From: Nymphaea colorata
Taxonomy: Eukaryota
NCBI RefSeq assembly: GCF_008831285.2
Contig: NC_045138.2
Location: 22,630,001-22,694,000, forward strand
DNA: 64,000 nt
Reading direction: 5' to 3'
The position numbers and the translations under genes were made by a program. The stretch's first letter is position 1. Every line of letters begins with the position of its first letter. The notes below the pieces were generated by a model, which ran no database searches, had not been told where the DNA came from, and worked only from the letters and a program-made list of their open reading frames with translations. Positions 51,101 to 63,607 of this stretch are shown piece after piece.

Positions 51101-54100
51101 TCGCATTTTATCAAATCATCGCATCGCATTCTGTGGACAATAACAGATGGTGGAGTATTGTTCATGCCCAAACTTCATCCCGTGGCAATGCATCGCATTC
51201 TGCCAATCTCAGGAAACCCACACTGACCAAAGCCAACTGTAATGCTCACTAAGCTGCTCAAATTGGGCCATGGGATGAAGTTTGGGCATGAAATTTTGGA
51301 AGGATTTCCAAAATTGGGGGAAGAGCAAATGCAATCTTCTGTTTATCATATAACTAACAAAAATATTCAAGACGAAATGGAGGAAATCCTTCTGACGCAC
51401 CTGAGGTTCAGAAAGGGAGGGAGAAATTTGTTCTCTTAGCGTGCCGGGAGTCTCCGTCCGCCGCCGAGATGGAGTTGAGGATCGCCGTGGTCGGGATGGG
51501 GCAACTGTGGCAATGGCTGATGCTGCCCTGTTTCTGCGTCCCTCTTCCCTGCCGGTGAGAGCGGCGACGCCTCTGGTGGGACGGTGAGAAGGCAGAATGC
51601 GAGGGAGGAGGAGAGGTGCGACGGTGAGAGCCTTCCCTTTTGAGCGGGTGAAATTTCACCCGCTCCTTTTTTGCATTAAACGGGTGAAGTTTCACCCCGT
51701 TTGATGCGTTTTCAGTCGGGCGGGTGAAATTTCACCCGCCCGTACACATTTCACCCTCCCACCATATTTCACCCGACAATCAAACGGGCCCTAAGTGAAA
51801 AGAAGGGTAAGATAGTAATTTTATCTTAGGGGACATAAAGGAAATTTTTGAAATTGTCGGGTAAAAAAAATTTCAAAAGATGCAGGGACATGATTGAAAT
51901 TTCATAAATTGATAAGGGCACTTTGGTCCAAGTAAAAGATTAGGATCTAAACACTAATTAAGGTAATTTAAACATGTTTTTATTAAGGTAAACAAGTTTA
52001 ATTAAAGTTAAGCTTAATTAAGAATAAATTATAATAAAATATAATAGAATAATAATAATATATAATATATTTAAGATAAGCATGAGAGAGCACCGTTCCT
52101 TTAAGAGGAAGTGCCCTTTACGTGTGCAGAAAGGAAAGAAAAGAGAGGAGGAGAGAAAGAGAGAAGAGAGAAAGAGAAAAAGAAGAGAGAGAAAAAGGAA
52201 GATAGCATATCTCCAATGGATCATCACCATGCAGACGCCTTGTAGCTCAGGTGATTTTAACGTGCCACAATAGTGAGCAAGGGAGATCTTAGAAGATCTG
52301 ATAGTTTTGGTCTGTGGACATCTATGCAATCGTTATTTTGACTTTTGTACATATTTATGTAGTTTGTAGCTCTATAACTAGTCTAGGATGGTTGGTGGGA
52401 CCTTTGATATGTAAATTGTAAAGTTGATAAATATAAAACTGCATAAATAAATCATCAATAAATTACTGATGAAGTTACTCGCACCACCACAAAGCAACAC
52501 TAGAGAGTAATCTAAGGCTGGGGCCTGCATGTACATCTATGCACAAAACACCATTTCGTGGCTCACTAGCTCATTGCTCTGAGACCGTTTAAAAGTTAAA
52601 ACATCCTGAAAAGAATACTCTGCAAAGTGCTTTTCTTATCGCTGGAATTTATGCTCATACTATGTTCAATTCTGGAGCTACTCATTCGTTTACTTCTAGT
52701 AAGTTTGATGAGTTGTTGCCATTGTGAGGTGAAACTGTGGGATTTACTTTGGGTAATGCATTCAACTTTAGGAGTTGAGACTATTTGCCACTTTTGTTTA
52801 CCTCATGTTGAAGTTTTCATTGTTGACCAGAACTTTCATGAAAATTTAATTGTGTTAGATACGGATAATTATGATATGATTTTGGGCATTGGTTGGTTGT
52901 GTGAGCATTATGTTTCTCTAAATTATCATGATCGAAAGATTTTATTTGCTCCACCCAGTTAATTGGCATTGGAATACCACTTGGGTTTGAAATGCCAATT
53001 CGAGATACTATATCTGCTATGAATGCCTAAAGGTGTATTGAAAATGGTGCTACAGTATCCATTCCAAGTATTGTTTGGTCGGAGGATTTGCCAAAAACAC
53101 TGGCAGACACTAAAGTTGTGAAAGACCTCCCAGATGTCTTTCCGAAAGATTTGTCAGCCCTACTGCCAACCAGAGAAATAGACTTTGTTATTGACATTCT
53201 CCCTAGGACGACCCATGTTTCTATGGCTCCTTACAGGCTGGCCCCAACTAAATTGGCAAAGTTGAAGAAGCAATTACAAGAATTACTAGGCAAAGGGTTC
53301 GTTAAACCAGCATCTCACCTTGGGGAGCACCAATATTATTCATGAAGAAGAAGGATGGATCATCTGGTTGTGTATTGATTACAGACTTCTTAGCCAAGTG
53401 ACCATAAAAACTAAGTATCCTTTGCCCAGAATTGGTGATTTATTTGACCATTTATGCAGAGCTGGTCTATTTTTGAAGATTGATTTGAGATCCAATTACC
53501 ATCAAAGAGAAAGAGAGAGAGAGAGAAGAGAGAGAAAAAGGAAAATAGCATACCTTCAATGGAGCAAAGACAGCGCGGACGCCTTGTAGCTTAAGTGATT
53601 TTGGCGTGCCACAATAGTGACCAATGGAGATCTCAGTAGATCTGACAGTTTTGGCCTGTGGACTTCTATGCGCCCGTTATTTTGACTTTTGTACAGATTT
53701 GTGTAGTTTGTGACTTTATAACTAGCCCAAAACGGTTGGTGGAACCTTTATATGTAAATTATAAAGTTGGTCTAGATTGGTATGGGTTTAAGCACATGAA
53801 TTTTATTTTTAACCACACTATCGATGAATGTGAACCTGGTCCTTAGACTAATTAGAGTCATTAATTACCTAGGACAGGTCGACGCTCTAAGACATATCAA
53901 ACCTATGCCAACTACACAGGTTATGTGATTGTGGATGTTGCGCTACCCACAAAAAAATATTGGAGTACTTTTTGAGATGTTACTACTCTTAAATGGTATC
54001 AGAAGGGTGAGCTAGTGAGCCATGGAATGGTGTTTTGTGCATATGCAAGTCCAGGCCTCTGATTACTCACCAATCTTGCTTTGTGGTGGTGCGAGTAACT

Positions 54101-57100
54101 TAATCAGTACTTTATATTAATGATTGATTTATGTGGTTCTATATTTATTAACTTTATAATTTACATATTGAAGGTCTTATCAACCGCTATGGGCTAGTTA
54201 TAGAGCTGCAAACCACTCAAATATGTACAAAAGTCAAAATAACGGTCGCATAAATGTCTGCAGGCCAAAACTGTCAGATCTACTAAGATCTACCTTGCTC
54301 ACTGTTGTAGTATGCCAAAATCATCTGAGTTGTTGGGCGTCCGTGCGATCTTCGGTCCATTAAAGGTATGCTATCTTCTTTTTTCTCTCTCTTCTTTCTT
54401 TTCTTCTCTCTCTCTCTCCCCTTCCTTCTCTTCTTTCCTTTCTTCACATGTAAAGGGCACTTCCTCTTAAAAGGACGGTGCTCACTCATTCTTATCTTAA
54501 ATATATAACAATATATTATATTATATTCTTAATTAAGCTTAACTTTAATTAAAAATTTTTAGCTTAATAAAAACATGTTTAGATTACCTTAATTAGTGTT
54601 TAGACCATAATTTTTTACTTGGACCAACATGCCTTTGTTAATTTATGAAATTCCAATAATGTCCCTACATTTTTTGAAATTTCAGTTTTACCCTCACAAT
54701 TTCAAAAATTATCCTAATGTGAATTACTGTCTTACCCTTGTCATATCATTTTATGACATTCATATCCCTCTTGATAAATTTATTATAATTTTAAATATAC
54801 ATGTTTGATTTTCAAACTGATCGAACCTACACGAAGCATGCTCCATGCTCTACTTCTAAGTATTTAAACTCTTATAGGTGAGTAATGTAATTCTAAGGAA
54901 ATGAATGTAAATACATTTAATAGATGTGTTTAGAAATGGAGGTCATACAATTATCCTCCCCCTAAAGAAATATCGTCTATGAAATTTAGGGCGTATTTGG
55001 CAGGCGAGGATTCCACTGTTTTAGTGGGATCCCTATCTAGGTTTTTACAAAATTTGCTTGGTGTGCTGAACGTTGGACACTAGTCTTGGTTTTGAGAGGC
55101 AAAATTAGGATTGGTTTCCATGGATTATGATCCCACCATGGAAAAAAAAAGTGTCTCCAACTCTCCAAGGTAAGCCTAAAAAATAAGCTAACATATTTAG
55201 AGTGAAAAGAAGACAGTAACACTAACTGGAGACACCAAAAAATCTTGGACTCTTGGTTACAACCGTTCCATAATCAGGCCGATTAGGAACAAGGCTGCTA
55301 AGGGCTGGCCTGTAGGCATTCGACGGCAGTGTTAGGCAATTCGGGGGCACCATGGATGGAGCTCCGGCCTTTGTGAGCACCCAAGTTAGGCCTGTTGCTG
55401 GAAGGAGAGAACATGAAGAATGAAGAGAAGCAGTAGAAATGGCAGGTTCTGAACGGCCTCACTCCTGCTCCTCTTTGTGTGTGGCTGTGTAGAGAGAGAT
55501 GGAGAGAGGCACTAGGGTTGCAATTGGGAGGTTGGCCGCACGGTGAAGGAGGTTTTTAAACAGACAGAAATAGCTGGTGATATTTTCGATAGTTTGGTTT
55601 TCTCAATTAGAGATTGGGTAAATAAAAAAAAAGAGTCAAATGGTTTGGTGGAGGAGGAAGAAGGCTGATTCTGGTGAGTAGGAGGAAAGGGTTTTCCTGC
55701 AAGCTTTCGATTAGATTAAAGTTAGAAATTGGGTATCTCACATTTTTCTCCATGAGAGGCAACAAACATTGGAATGGGATCCATGAGATTAAAATACCTA
55801 TCAACCAAACACACATGCTTTCTAGAATGCGAATGCAATTCATTCGTTAGCTGGTTCTATGATTAAAATCCTGGGATTTTGATCCCAAGATTCTAATCCT
55901 GGTGCTGCCAAACACTACTTGTTACCAAATAAGGTAGGGGCATTGCCTCTTCATCTCATCCTTTGGTTCCCATATACATTCTTCAATTTCATGGTGTAAC
56001 TATCGAAGAGAATCTCTTTGTTTCATAGCTTCCTGGTGAGATGATCAACAATCTTTAGAGGCATTTCTTCAGAAGTTAGTTCTTCTTTTATTGTGACGTC
56101 TTCATGACTGATCACATGCTTTGGGTCATGGGCATACTTTTTTTTTTTTTGTACATGTCATGGGCATAGTTTCTTAGCATTGGAACATGGAACACGTTGT
56201 AAGCAGTAGCACCAATTTTCTCCAAAATCTCGAATGGTCTGATATATCACGGGCTGAGTTTTCCTTTCTTTTCGAAACGAAAAATGCCTTTGTTTGAGAA
56301 ACCATAAGGAAAGCGTGTTGGCCAACGTCAATGGCAAGCTCTCAATGATGGTTATCGGAGTAATTCTTTTGTTAGTCATGTGCTGCCAAGAGTCGTTATC
56401 TGAACTTTTGTACTTGCTCAGAGTAATGTTGGATCGCCATAGGTCCATCAATGTTCTTGGCTCTAATATCAGACCAGTAAATAGATGATCGTCATGGTCA
56501 CCAATATAATGCCTTGTATGGTGCCACATCGATGCTTGCATGATAACTATTGTCATAGGCAAATTCTACCAATTTAATATGTTTATTCCATTTGCCTTTC
56601 CCATCAGGTGTACACGCTTCCAATGTTTGAATAGTGTGTTTTGATTAACCATCAGTTTGAGGGTGCATTTGCAGTAAACCGCAGATCTCTGTCTGAAAGT
56701 ATTGATTGTGGCGCACCATAAAGTCTAACTGTCTCCTTAATGTACAAATCTTCAAGACTCTGGAAGGACTGATTGGTGCGAATAGGAAGAAAATGAGCAG
56801 ATTTGGTGAAGTCTGTCCACAATTACCCATATCGCATCGTGTTGTTTACAGGTCCTTGAAAGTTTTACAATAAAATCTATAATGATATCTTCTCATTTCC
56901 ACTGCCTTATGTCAATGTGTTGCATCAAGCCTTCTGAATGTTGATGTTCAAATTTTACTTGTTGACAGGTCAAACATTTAGAAATATACTCAGCAATATA
57001 TTTCTTCATACCTTCCCACCAAAAGTTCTGATGCAAATCATGATACATCTTTGTATTGCCAAGATGAGTAATGTGCCTAGACTTGTGAACTTCATCTAGT

Positions 57101-60100
57101 ATAACCTGCAACTTATCAACGTTTGGCACCCATAAATGCTTTTTGTACCACGTTACTCAATTCTCATCTATAAACATACCTGATTTTTCGTTTTTTGATC
57201 TAGCTTTTAGGCGCTGATAATCTGACTCTTCTTTTTGTTTACCTTGAATCTCATTTAGAATGTCTGGCTTGACAAGAAGTCCCTTCAAAACAAGCGTAGA
57301 CTCAACATCTACGAAAGGTTTCCAAGCTATGAAGTCCTCAAACAGTTTCTATTGTTGAGTTAACATTCAACTTAATGTTCATTTTTCCTTACGACTCAAA
57401 GCATCTGCCACAACATTAGCCTTACCTGGATGATAAATAATTACAAAATCATAGTCCTTTAGGTATTCCATCCATCGCCGATGTCTCATGTTTAATTCTT
57501 TATGAAAAAATACATATTTGAAACTCCTATGGTCTGTGTACACTTCAAATTTCTCGCATTACAAGTAATGTCGCTAGATTTTACTCCAACAATTTCAAAA
57601 ATTTCCTTCATTTCCCTAAGGTAAATTTACTATCTTACCATTGTCTTATCGCTTGATGACATTCATGTCCATCTTGATAAATTTATTATAATTTGAAATA
57701 TACATGTCTGATTTTTATTCCGATTGAACGTACACGTAGCACGCTTCATGTTTTGCCTCTGAGCATCTACACTCTTATAGGTAAGCAATGATATTCTAGG
57801 GAAATAAATGTAAACACATCTAATAGATGCGTTCAGAAATGGAGGTCTTACAGAAAATCTTGGGAAAAATCACAATTTTTTTAGGAAAATAAATAAATCC
57901 TAAAACTTATGAAAAAAATAAAATAAATGAAAAGGTAACGAGAAAACATAAAAATAACTTGATAGAATGATAAAATTGATGTTTTAGTAATGGTAGAAAT
58001 GAAGATAAATAATTTAACTTAAGGTTTAAACTTTAAGCACAAAAAATGTAAAAATAATGATAAAAAGTGCAATAAAAATGTGAAAAAATCATTTTAGATT
58101 TTTTTTTTTCAAAAAAAAAAAGAAAACGATGGTTTTTTTTCATTATTTTAATGTTTTATTAGGTTTTTTTTCAAAAAAGATGGGTTTTTGTGACTATTTT
58201 ATGTTCTTTGACTTTAGAAAGTTCTTTAGACGATGTTCCAATCAGAAATTGCTGGGAGATAGGCTCCTGACCATTTATTGCTAATGAACTAATATGTACA
58301 ACCGTACGAAAGAAAAGGAAAAAGAATCAGCAACTGTACAAGTTCTCGATGGATGTTGTGCATTGTTAATTTGTTTAATGTTCATTCTTCTCTTGCCATA
58401 ATCTATCAGTAGATTGACCTTATGCCAATTGAAGGTATTTATTATTTAAGACACCAGGGTCTGTAGTATCAAGCAATAATCTTGCACAGTTCAGGAAGGA
58501 AAAGTTTCTGTACAACCTTATAATCTAACATTATATTTGGCAAACACTGGTCAGCTCGATGGTGATTCTACAGCTTTATTTTTTTGTTTTTTAATCATAG
58601 TCTGCCTTTTGACAATATATTTACTTTGTATGCATTGGAGAAAGTGTTTTTCTGTGTGTATACATACTGTGGAAATTTTGCTATGTCCACTGTTCTTTTT
58701 TTTTTTTAATGTTCAGAAATAAGTGTTAACAATAAATAAAAACTTGTTTACTTTTCTATTGTTCTGACTAGTTTGACAGTTGATCATCCTGCTGGCCATC
58801 ACTACCTTGCTTAGGAGCCTGATTCTTAGTGGTAACTTGCACTTTTAAACTACCTATGGTTTATTCCTATAGATTAACATATGGAAATCACATTAGCTGT
58901 ATACTATAGTGTACACTATGGGTCCTTGTTACAAATCTCGACATTCTTTTCTAGGAACATGGACAAACAGGAAAACAAGGAAGAAAGCAAAATTGTGATG
59001 TTTTGAAAATATTGCCAAAATGAAAATATCATGTTTCTATTCGGCATTATTTCCCTTCTTCAGAAAAAACTAACTTTTAAGTTTTGACAAACCTTTTGAT
59101 CTTTATTTTAATATTTTAATAACTATTTTGATCTTTGACCTATGTTTTTGTAACAAAAATGGTGAAAAAATCAACTTTCATAATCTTTTCTTTTTTAGTT
59201 TATTGAATTCTTGAATTTTTCCCAAGAAAAACAAATATTTTGTTTACTGTCGAGAAAAACCGTGCCAATGGAGACCTGATGACAATATTTGCGACAATTG
59301 TATGAATTAATTTTTGATGTTTCTTACCATTTTTGATCGATATGTTTGTCCATCTGTAATATTATTTGTGAAACATGATAGAAAATAAAGAGGTAAGGCG
59401 GTAATTTTTTGTTTCAGCAAAAGAAAAAACGAGAAATTTAGGAGACTTGTTGGTGTTGTTATTTTTTTATCCTATCCTTTCCAGTGTAGAGTCTAAAGGA
59501 CTGCATCTTCTGTCCTCTGTTTAAAAACACGACAAGTTGAGAATAGTTCTTCACCCTGAAAAAGGAAAACAAAGGAACCAAAAAAGCAAAAGGTGCAAGG
59601 AAGCTGAACAACAAACCCACAACACATTTAAACCACGACATCTCTTAAAAGTAGCTCTCAACTTGAGTGTCTCTTTAAATTGAATGTGATGTTCTAAAAT
59701 TTGCTAACATATCACGGCTGAACCGTATGTTGTAGGTTAACATCCTCCTGCTTCTCCAATATTTTTCATCACATTCTTGCTAGTGATGACTTTTGAGCAT
59801 GTCTGTTGGTTCATTTGAGGTCACGACTTTGAGCTTGTAAGGACAGTGATATAATTGGCAAATCTGGTGAGAATGGGAGAGTAACAACTAGATAAAATTG
59901 GAAGGATCAAGTTATTTGAGACCAAACAAGAGAATTGTTGGAAAAAATGAAAGCAAAAGTGAATTGCCTTCCACCATGAATGTGGTTTATTTCCAAATCC
60001 AATAATTTGCTTTATGTAATTTTTATCATATATAATTAAGCTGGCTGAGTAGCAGACCGGTTTGATGGTTTCTTCATGTTAGTCCAATCCCCTAGATGTG

Positions 60101-63100
60101 ATGCTTTGCTTCTCAAGTAAACAAGTATCACACACACATCATGCTGGACTGTATGGTTTGGGTGGGAACGCCTGTTTTCTATGTATATGCTGATGCAGTT
60201 GAGCCTTTATAATATGCTATGATACAGTCTCTTACCAACCATTCAGCCCATATCTCTTAGAGCAATTTGAGAAAAGTATGTAGTCTGATCATGGTGCACT
60301 GATCTTCACAGCTGCTTCTTTTCTGCTTTTCTTGAAGCTTTGAAGTACTCCATGCACGTTGGGCTATGCTTGCATCTCTTGGAGTTTTGATTCCAGAGCT
60401 GCTAGACCATTTTGGTCTTGTCCACTTTGTAGAGCCTGTTTGGTGGAAAGTTGGCTATGCAAAGCTCAAGGCAAGTTGCTACTGTTCTAATCCTTTAAAT
60501 GACTATTAACCATGTTAGTGAATAAGTTTAATATAAAAAATGACTGTTGAGGTCGAGCTCATGATAAAGCAAATGGAAACGTCCTTTTTGCATCATTTTG
60601 AATAATCGAGAGCAACTTAAGCTTTAAATGTGGTGCATTTTCTTTTTTAATGGATAATACAGCATACAGGGTCAATGAGGTGTCAATCGCGCACTATATA
60701 TGTATGCTATTGTGTATACATAGATACTCATTTCTGCATGAGTACCTTCTCTTCTCGCTCTGTATTTCAGTGTAATCTGTATTGTCCAATCATTTGAAGT
60801 AAGTGTAGTTTATGTAGGCTGGTTAGGTTCACTTCCAAGTGAATATTTTTCTTATCAAGCCAATACATAAGCATGTTTTAAATGTATTTTGCAATCTATT
60901 GTTCAATAGTTGATTTTATCTCGTCCATCTTATCATGTTTTTGAAACGTAAGATTGACGCAATGAGTAGCAGATGAGTCCCAAGAATGATCTGTACTATG
61001 AAGCCAACAATCTGTCCATAGCTGTATAGTTTGCTGCATTGTCTGTGGTGAAGTCTACAATGTTCTCAGGTTCAATTTCTTTCAACAACGATATCAGATT
61101 ACAGATATATGAAATAGAACATTAGTAGTCTTTTGGAGTATTTGGCAAATTAACAGACTTCAAGAACATAATACCTTTTAAGACAGTGTATAAGAAATTT
61201 ATCAATGTTCTTGTCATTGTATCAATCCATCCTTCTATTATGATACTGCATCCTGCATTCATCCAACTTAATCTCAATTCATCATAATTTCTTACCTCTT
61301 TAACATGTAGCAACAATTTTGCCTCTCAGTTGATAATAACAAGACATTGTGTATCCAAGGTCTGTATAAATAATTGCATTTGCCATAACTTGAAAGTGAA
61401 ATGAGTTGGCCATATTAAATGCACATGCGAATATGTGCATCATAGAACCATCACCCAACTGCATTATTTGCCTATTTTATCATATCATTGAGAGTCATAG
61501 CTATTTGAATGTCCGTTTAAGAACTAAAATAGTATAAAAAGCAAAAAGTCTTTTGATTTAGGCAGAAGCATTCAACCTGCTACTAGGTGCTTTACCACAA
61601 AACTTACCACCTGATCAATCTCTTCTCTTTCTATTGGAACTACCTCCTGCATGCATCACTCTGTTTCCTTTTGCCCTTGAACTACCCACTATCTGATTTT
61701 CACTAACATCAATGGGATAAAAGAGAGGAAGCTCCATGCCATCCTCAATGATCTCATCGTCCACTTCCCAAGGCTCAACATGGCTCATTTTTACTGCCAG
61801 CATGTCTTTTTCTAATGTTTTTTGCTTTTAGAGCATTAATCATGTCCATGCATTGCTTTGGCACAAATGATGGCAATTCTTTATCCAGGCATGAAGTCAC
61901 ATTGTCATGCATGTTGGTTAAATGGTGTTTTAGGTGAGAGGTTCATACTGAGAAGTCCTTTTACAATACCTATAAATAATTTTCAAGCAATCGTTTTCCT
62001 TCACCTGTGTGCACCGTTATCATGTGAATTTTTCAAGCCATATCTTCAAAAGTAGCGGTCGATTTTTATACATTTCAAACAGTAAAAATTGGAATCTCAT
62101 TTTCTTCTATTGCAAATCAATCTCCCATGTGCAATTTTAGCTCCGAGTCAATACTTTCTTCCTCAAAATGGCAAAATCTTGCTAACACAACTTTTTTAAG
62201 AAAATCTAGGAGTTAGGTTTGAGAGTTTTTTTAATGTCCAATACTGAAATTTAGGGCTTCAGGCGTCTATTTCTTTCCTCTGCCTCTCCTGTACTGTACA
62301 GTAGGAGGTGTACAACACCGTGTCATATGATAGGGCCCTGTATCTATGATATCAATGTGACGTGCGGTGCACCCTTGTAGCTGGTGACAAGGGTATAATT
62401 GATCCTCCAAAAGTTATGATGTGTATCTTATGTGCAACACACTATTAGGTATATATGAGGTCCTTTCCTGACTTAACAAAAGAAGGGGCTTGAAATGAAA
62501 AGTTCCTTTTCATAATAAATCCATGTGACGGCCCATAAAATTTGAGTACATCCTGATAGGTTAGTAGCATCCAATTTGTAGCACAAATTCTACCTCCAAG
62601 CCTATCTCACTAGGAGATATATATGGGAGTGGCAGAAAAGTTGTGATGTATGGTGCCTGCTGAATTTAGCCTCCTATTAATCGTACCGAGCTTCAATCTC
62701 AAGTGTTGAGATGTAGGTATTTGCTGTATGCAGCACAGATTATTTGATTGACCTTTTGTCCTTGCTGATTGTTTCCTTCTAACTAGGCTATTTTTGTACC
62801 TATGAATATTTGTGTAGTAGTTGATCTGTTAAGTTCTTCCTTCTATGAGAGGTTCGTTATTGGGATATTGGATGCCAATTTCCAACTACTTGGAGCCAGG
62901 GAATCAGCTGGCAACACACACACAGAGAGAGAGAGAGGTCTTTGTTCCTCAATTGTTTTCTCAATCACTCTTTTGACTTTTCTCATGTTAGGCTAAAATA
63001 TATATTCCTTCAAACAAATATATTTAAAGCTTACCTTTAAAGATTTTGTAGTCTTCTACACTTTTATTTTAGTAAATAAGTGATTAATGCCTCAATGGAA

Positions 63101-63607
63101 TAATTTTCTTTCCCTTTTTTTCTTTTTTGCAGGGGGACACTCTAGACTACCTTGGGATTCCTGGCCTGCATATAGCTGGAGGTCAAGGAATCATCATTAT
63201 TGCCATATGTCAAGCTCTTCTTATGGTGATTGACCTATTCTTGCAATTTTCCAGGACTGATTCAGCATTTCTATTTGTGGATCCGTAACCGCTGATGTGT
63301 TTCTCAGGTTGGGCCTGAGTATGCAAGGTATTGTGGCATAGAAGCTCTGGAACCTCTAGGCATCTATCTACCAGGGGATATCAATTATCCAGGTGGGGTT
63401 CTTTTTGATCCGCTGGGCCTCTCTGAGAATCCTACGAATTTCGAGGAATTAAAGGTGAAGGAGATTAAAAATGGACGCCTAGCAATGGTTGCATGGCTCG
63501 GATTTTTTCTTCAAGCAGCCGTTACAGGTAAAGGGCCAGTTGAAAACCTTCTGGACCACCTCTCTGATCCTCTTCACAACAACTTGTTTTCCTTAATCAA
63601 CCGTTAG
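45106..63607 (+). CDS. LHCB7: Chlorophyll a-b binding protein 7, chloroplastic
   Basis: Exons 45106-45243, 45355-45521, 47369-47515, 60338-60470, 63133-63225 and 63308-63607 join in frame: [131 protein letters not shown]. Intron 4 has a GC donor. Confidence 0.96.
48560..50280 (+). pseudogene. Gypsy RNase H-integrase-chromodomain remnant (left arm)
   Basis: [67 protein letters not shown] and HPQIDSQS, with many stops. Confidence 0.85.
50522..51791. mobile_element. Non-autonomous PIF/Harbinger element carrying captured PLS-class PPR fragments
   Basis: Perfect 17-bp TIR GGGCCCGTTTGATTGTC with TAA TSD (50519-50521 and 51792-51794). It interrupts an LTR whose sister copies are uninterrupted. The minus strand encodes [27 protein letters not shown] and [32 protein letters not shown]. 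Confidence 0.88.
52640..53505 (+). pseudogene. Gypsy protease-RT fragment (spacer of the fold-back)
   Basis: [68 protein letters not shown] and [10 protein letters not shown], then an abrupt jump into LTR sequence. Confidence 0.85.
54989..55917. mobile_element. Harbinger/Tourist-like insertion in the right arm
   Basis: About 930 bp absent from the corresponding site of the left arm (~50280-50290). Imperfect TIR GGGCGTATTTGGCAG..GGATT / AATCC..CTGCCAAACAC. Confidence 0.6.
55920..57580 (-). pseudogene. Gypsy RNase H-integrase-chromodomain remnant (right arm)
   Basis: ORF 56893-57129 [38 protein letters not shown] (integrase HHCC zinc finger) and HPQTDG. It is the reverse complement of 48560-50280. 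Confidence 0.85.
60780..62150 (-). mobile_element. Degenerate hAT transposase remnant (DUF659-type) in LHCB7 intron 4
   Basis: [26 protein letters not shown] and GIMFLKSVN resemble the hAT motif GCSIMSDGWTD..R.LINFLV..G..FLKSVD. A TDNAANY-like motif lies near 61025-61050. Confidence 0.7.

Larger units (their letters stand above)
48281..57852. mobile_element. Fold-back composite of two inverted Ty3/Gypsy (chromovirus-like) arms with a PR-RT spacer, in LHCB7 intron 3
   Basis: The left arm 48281-52573 (+) and right arm 54008-57852 (-) each run truncated LTR > RNase H end > integrase > chromodomain > PPT > LTR. Termini are TATAAGACCTCC and GGAGGTCTTACA, each flanked by GAAAA. Confidence 0.85.
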
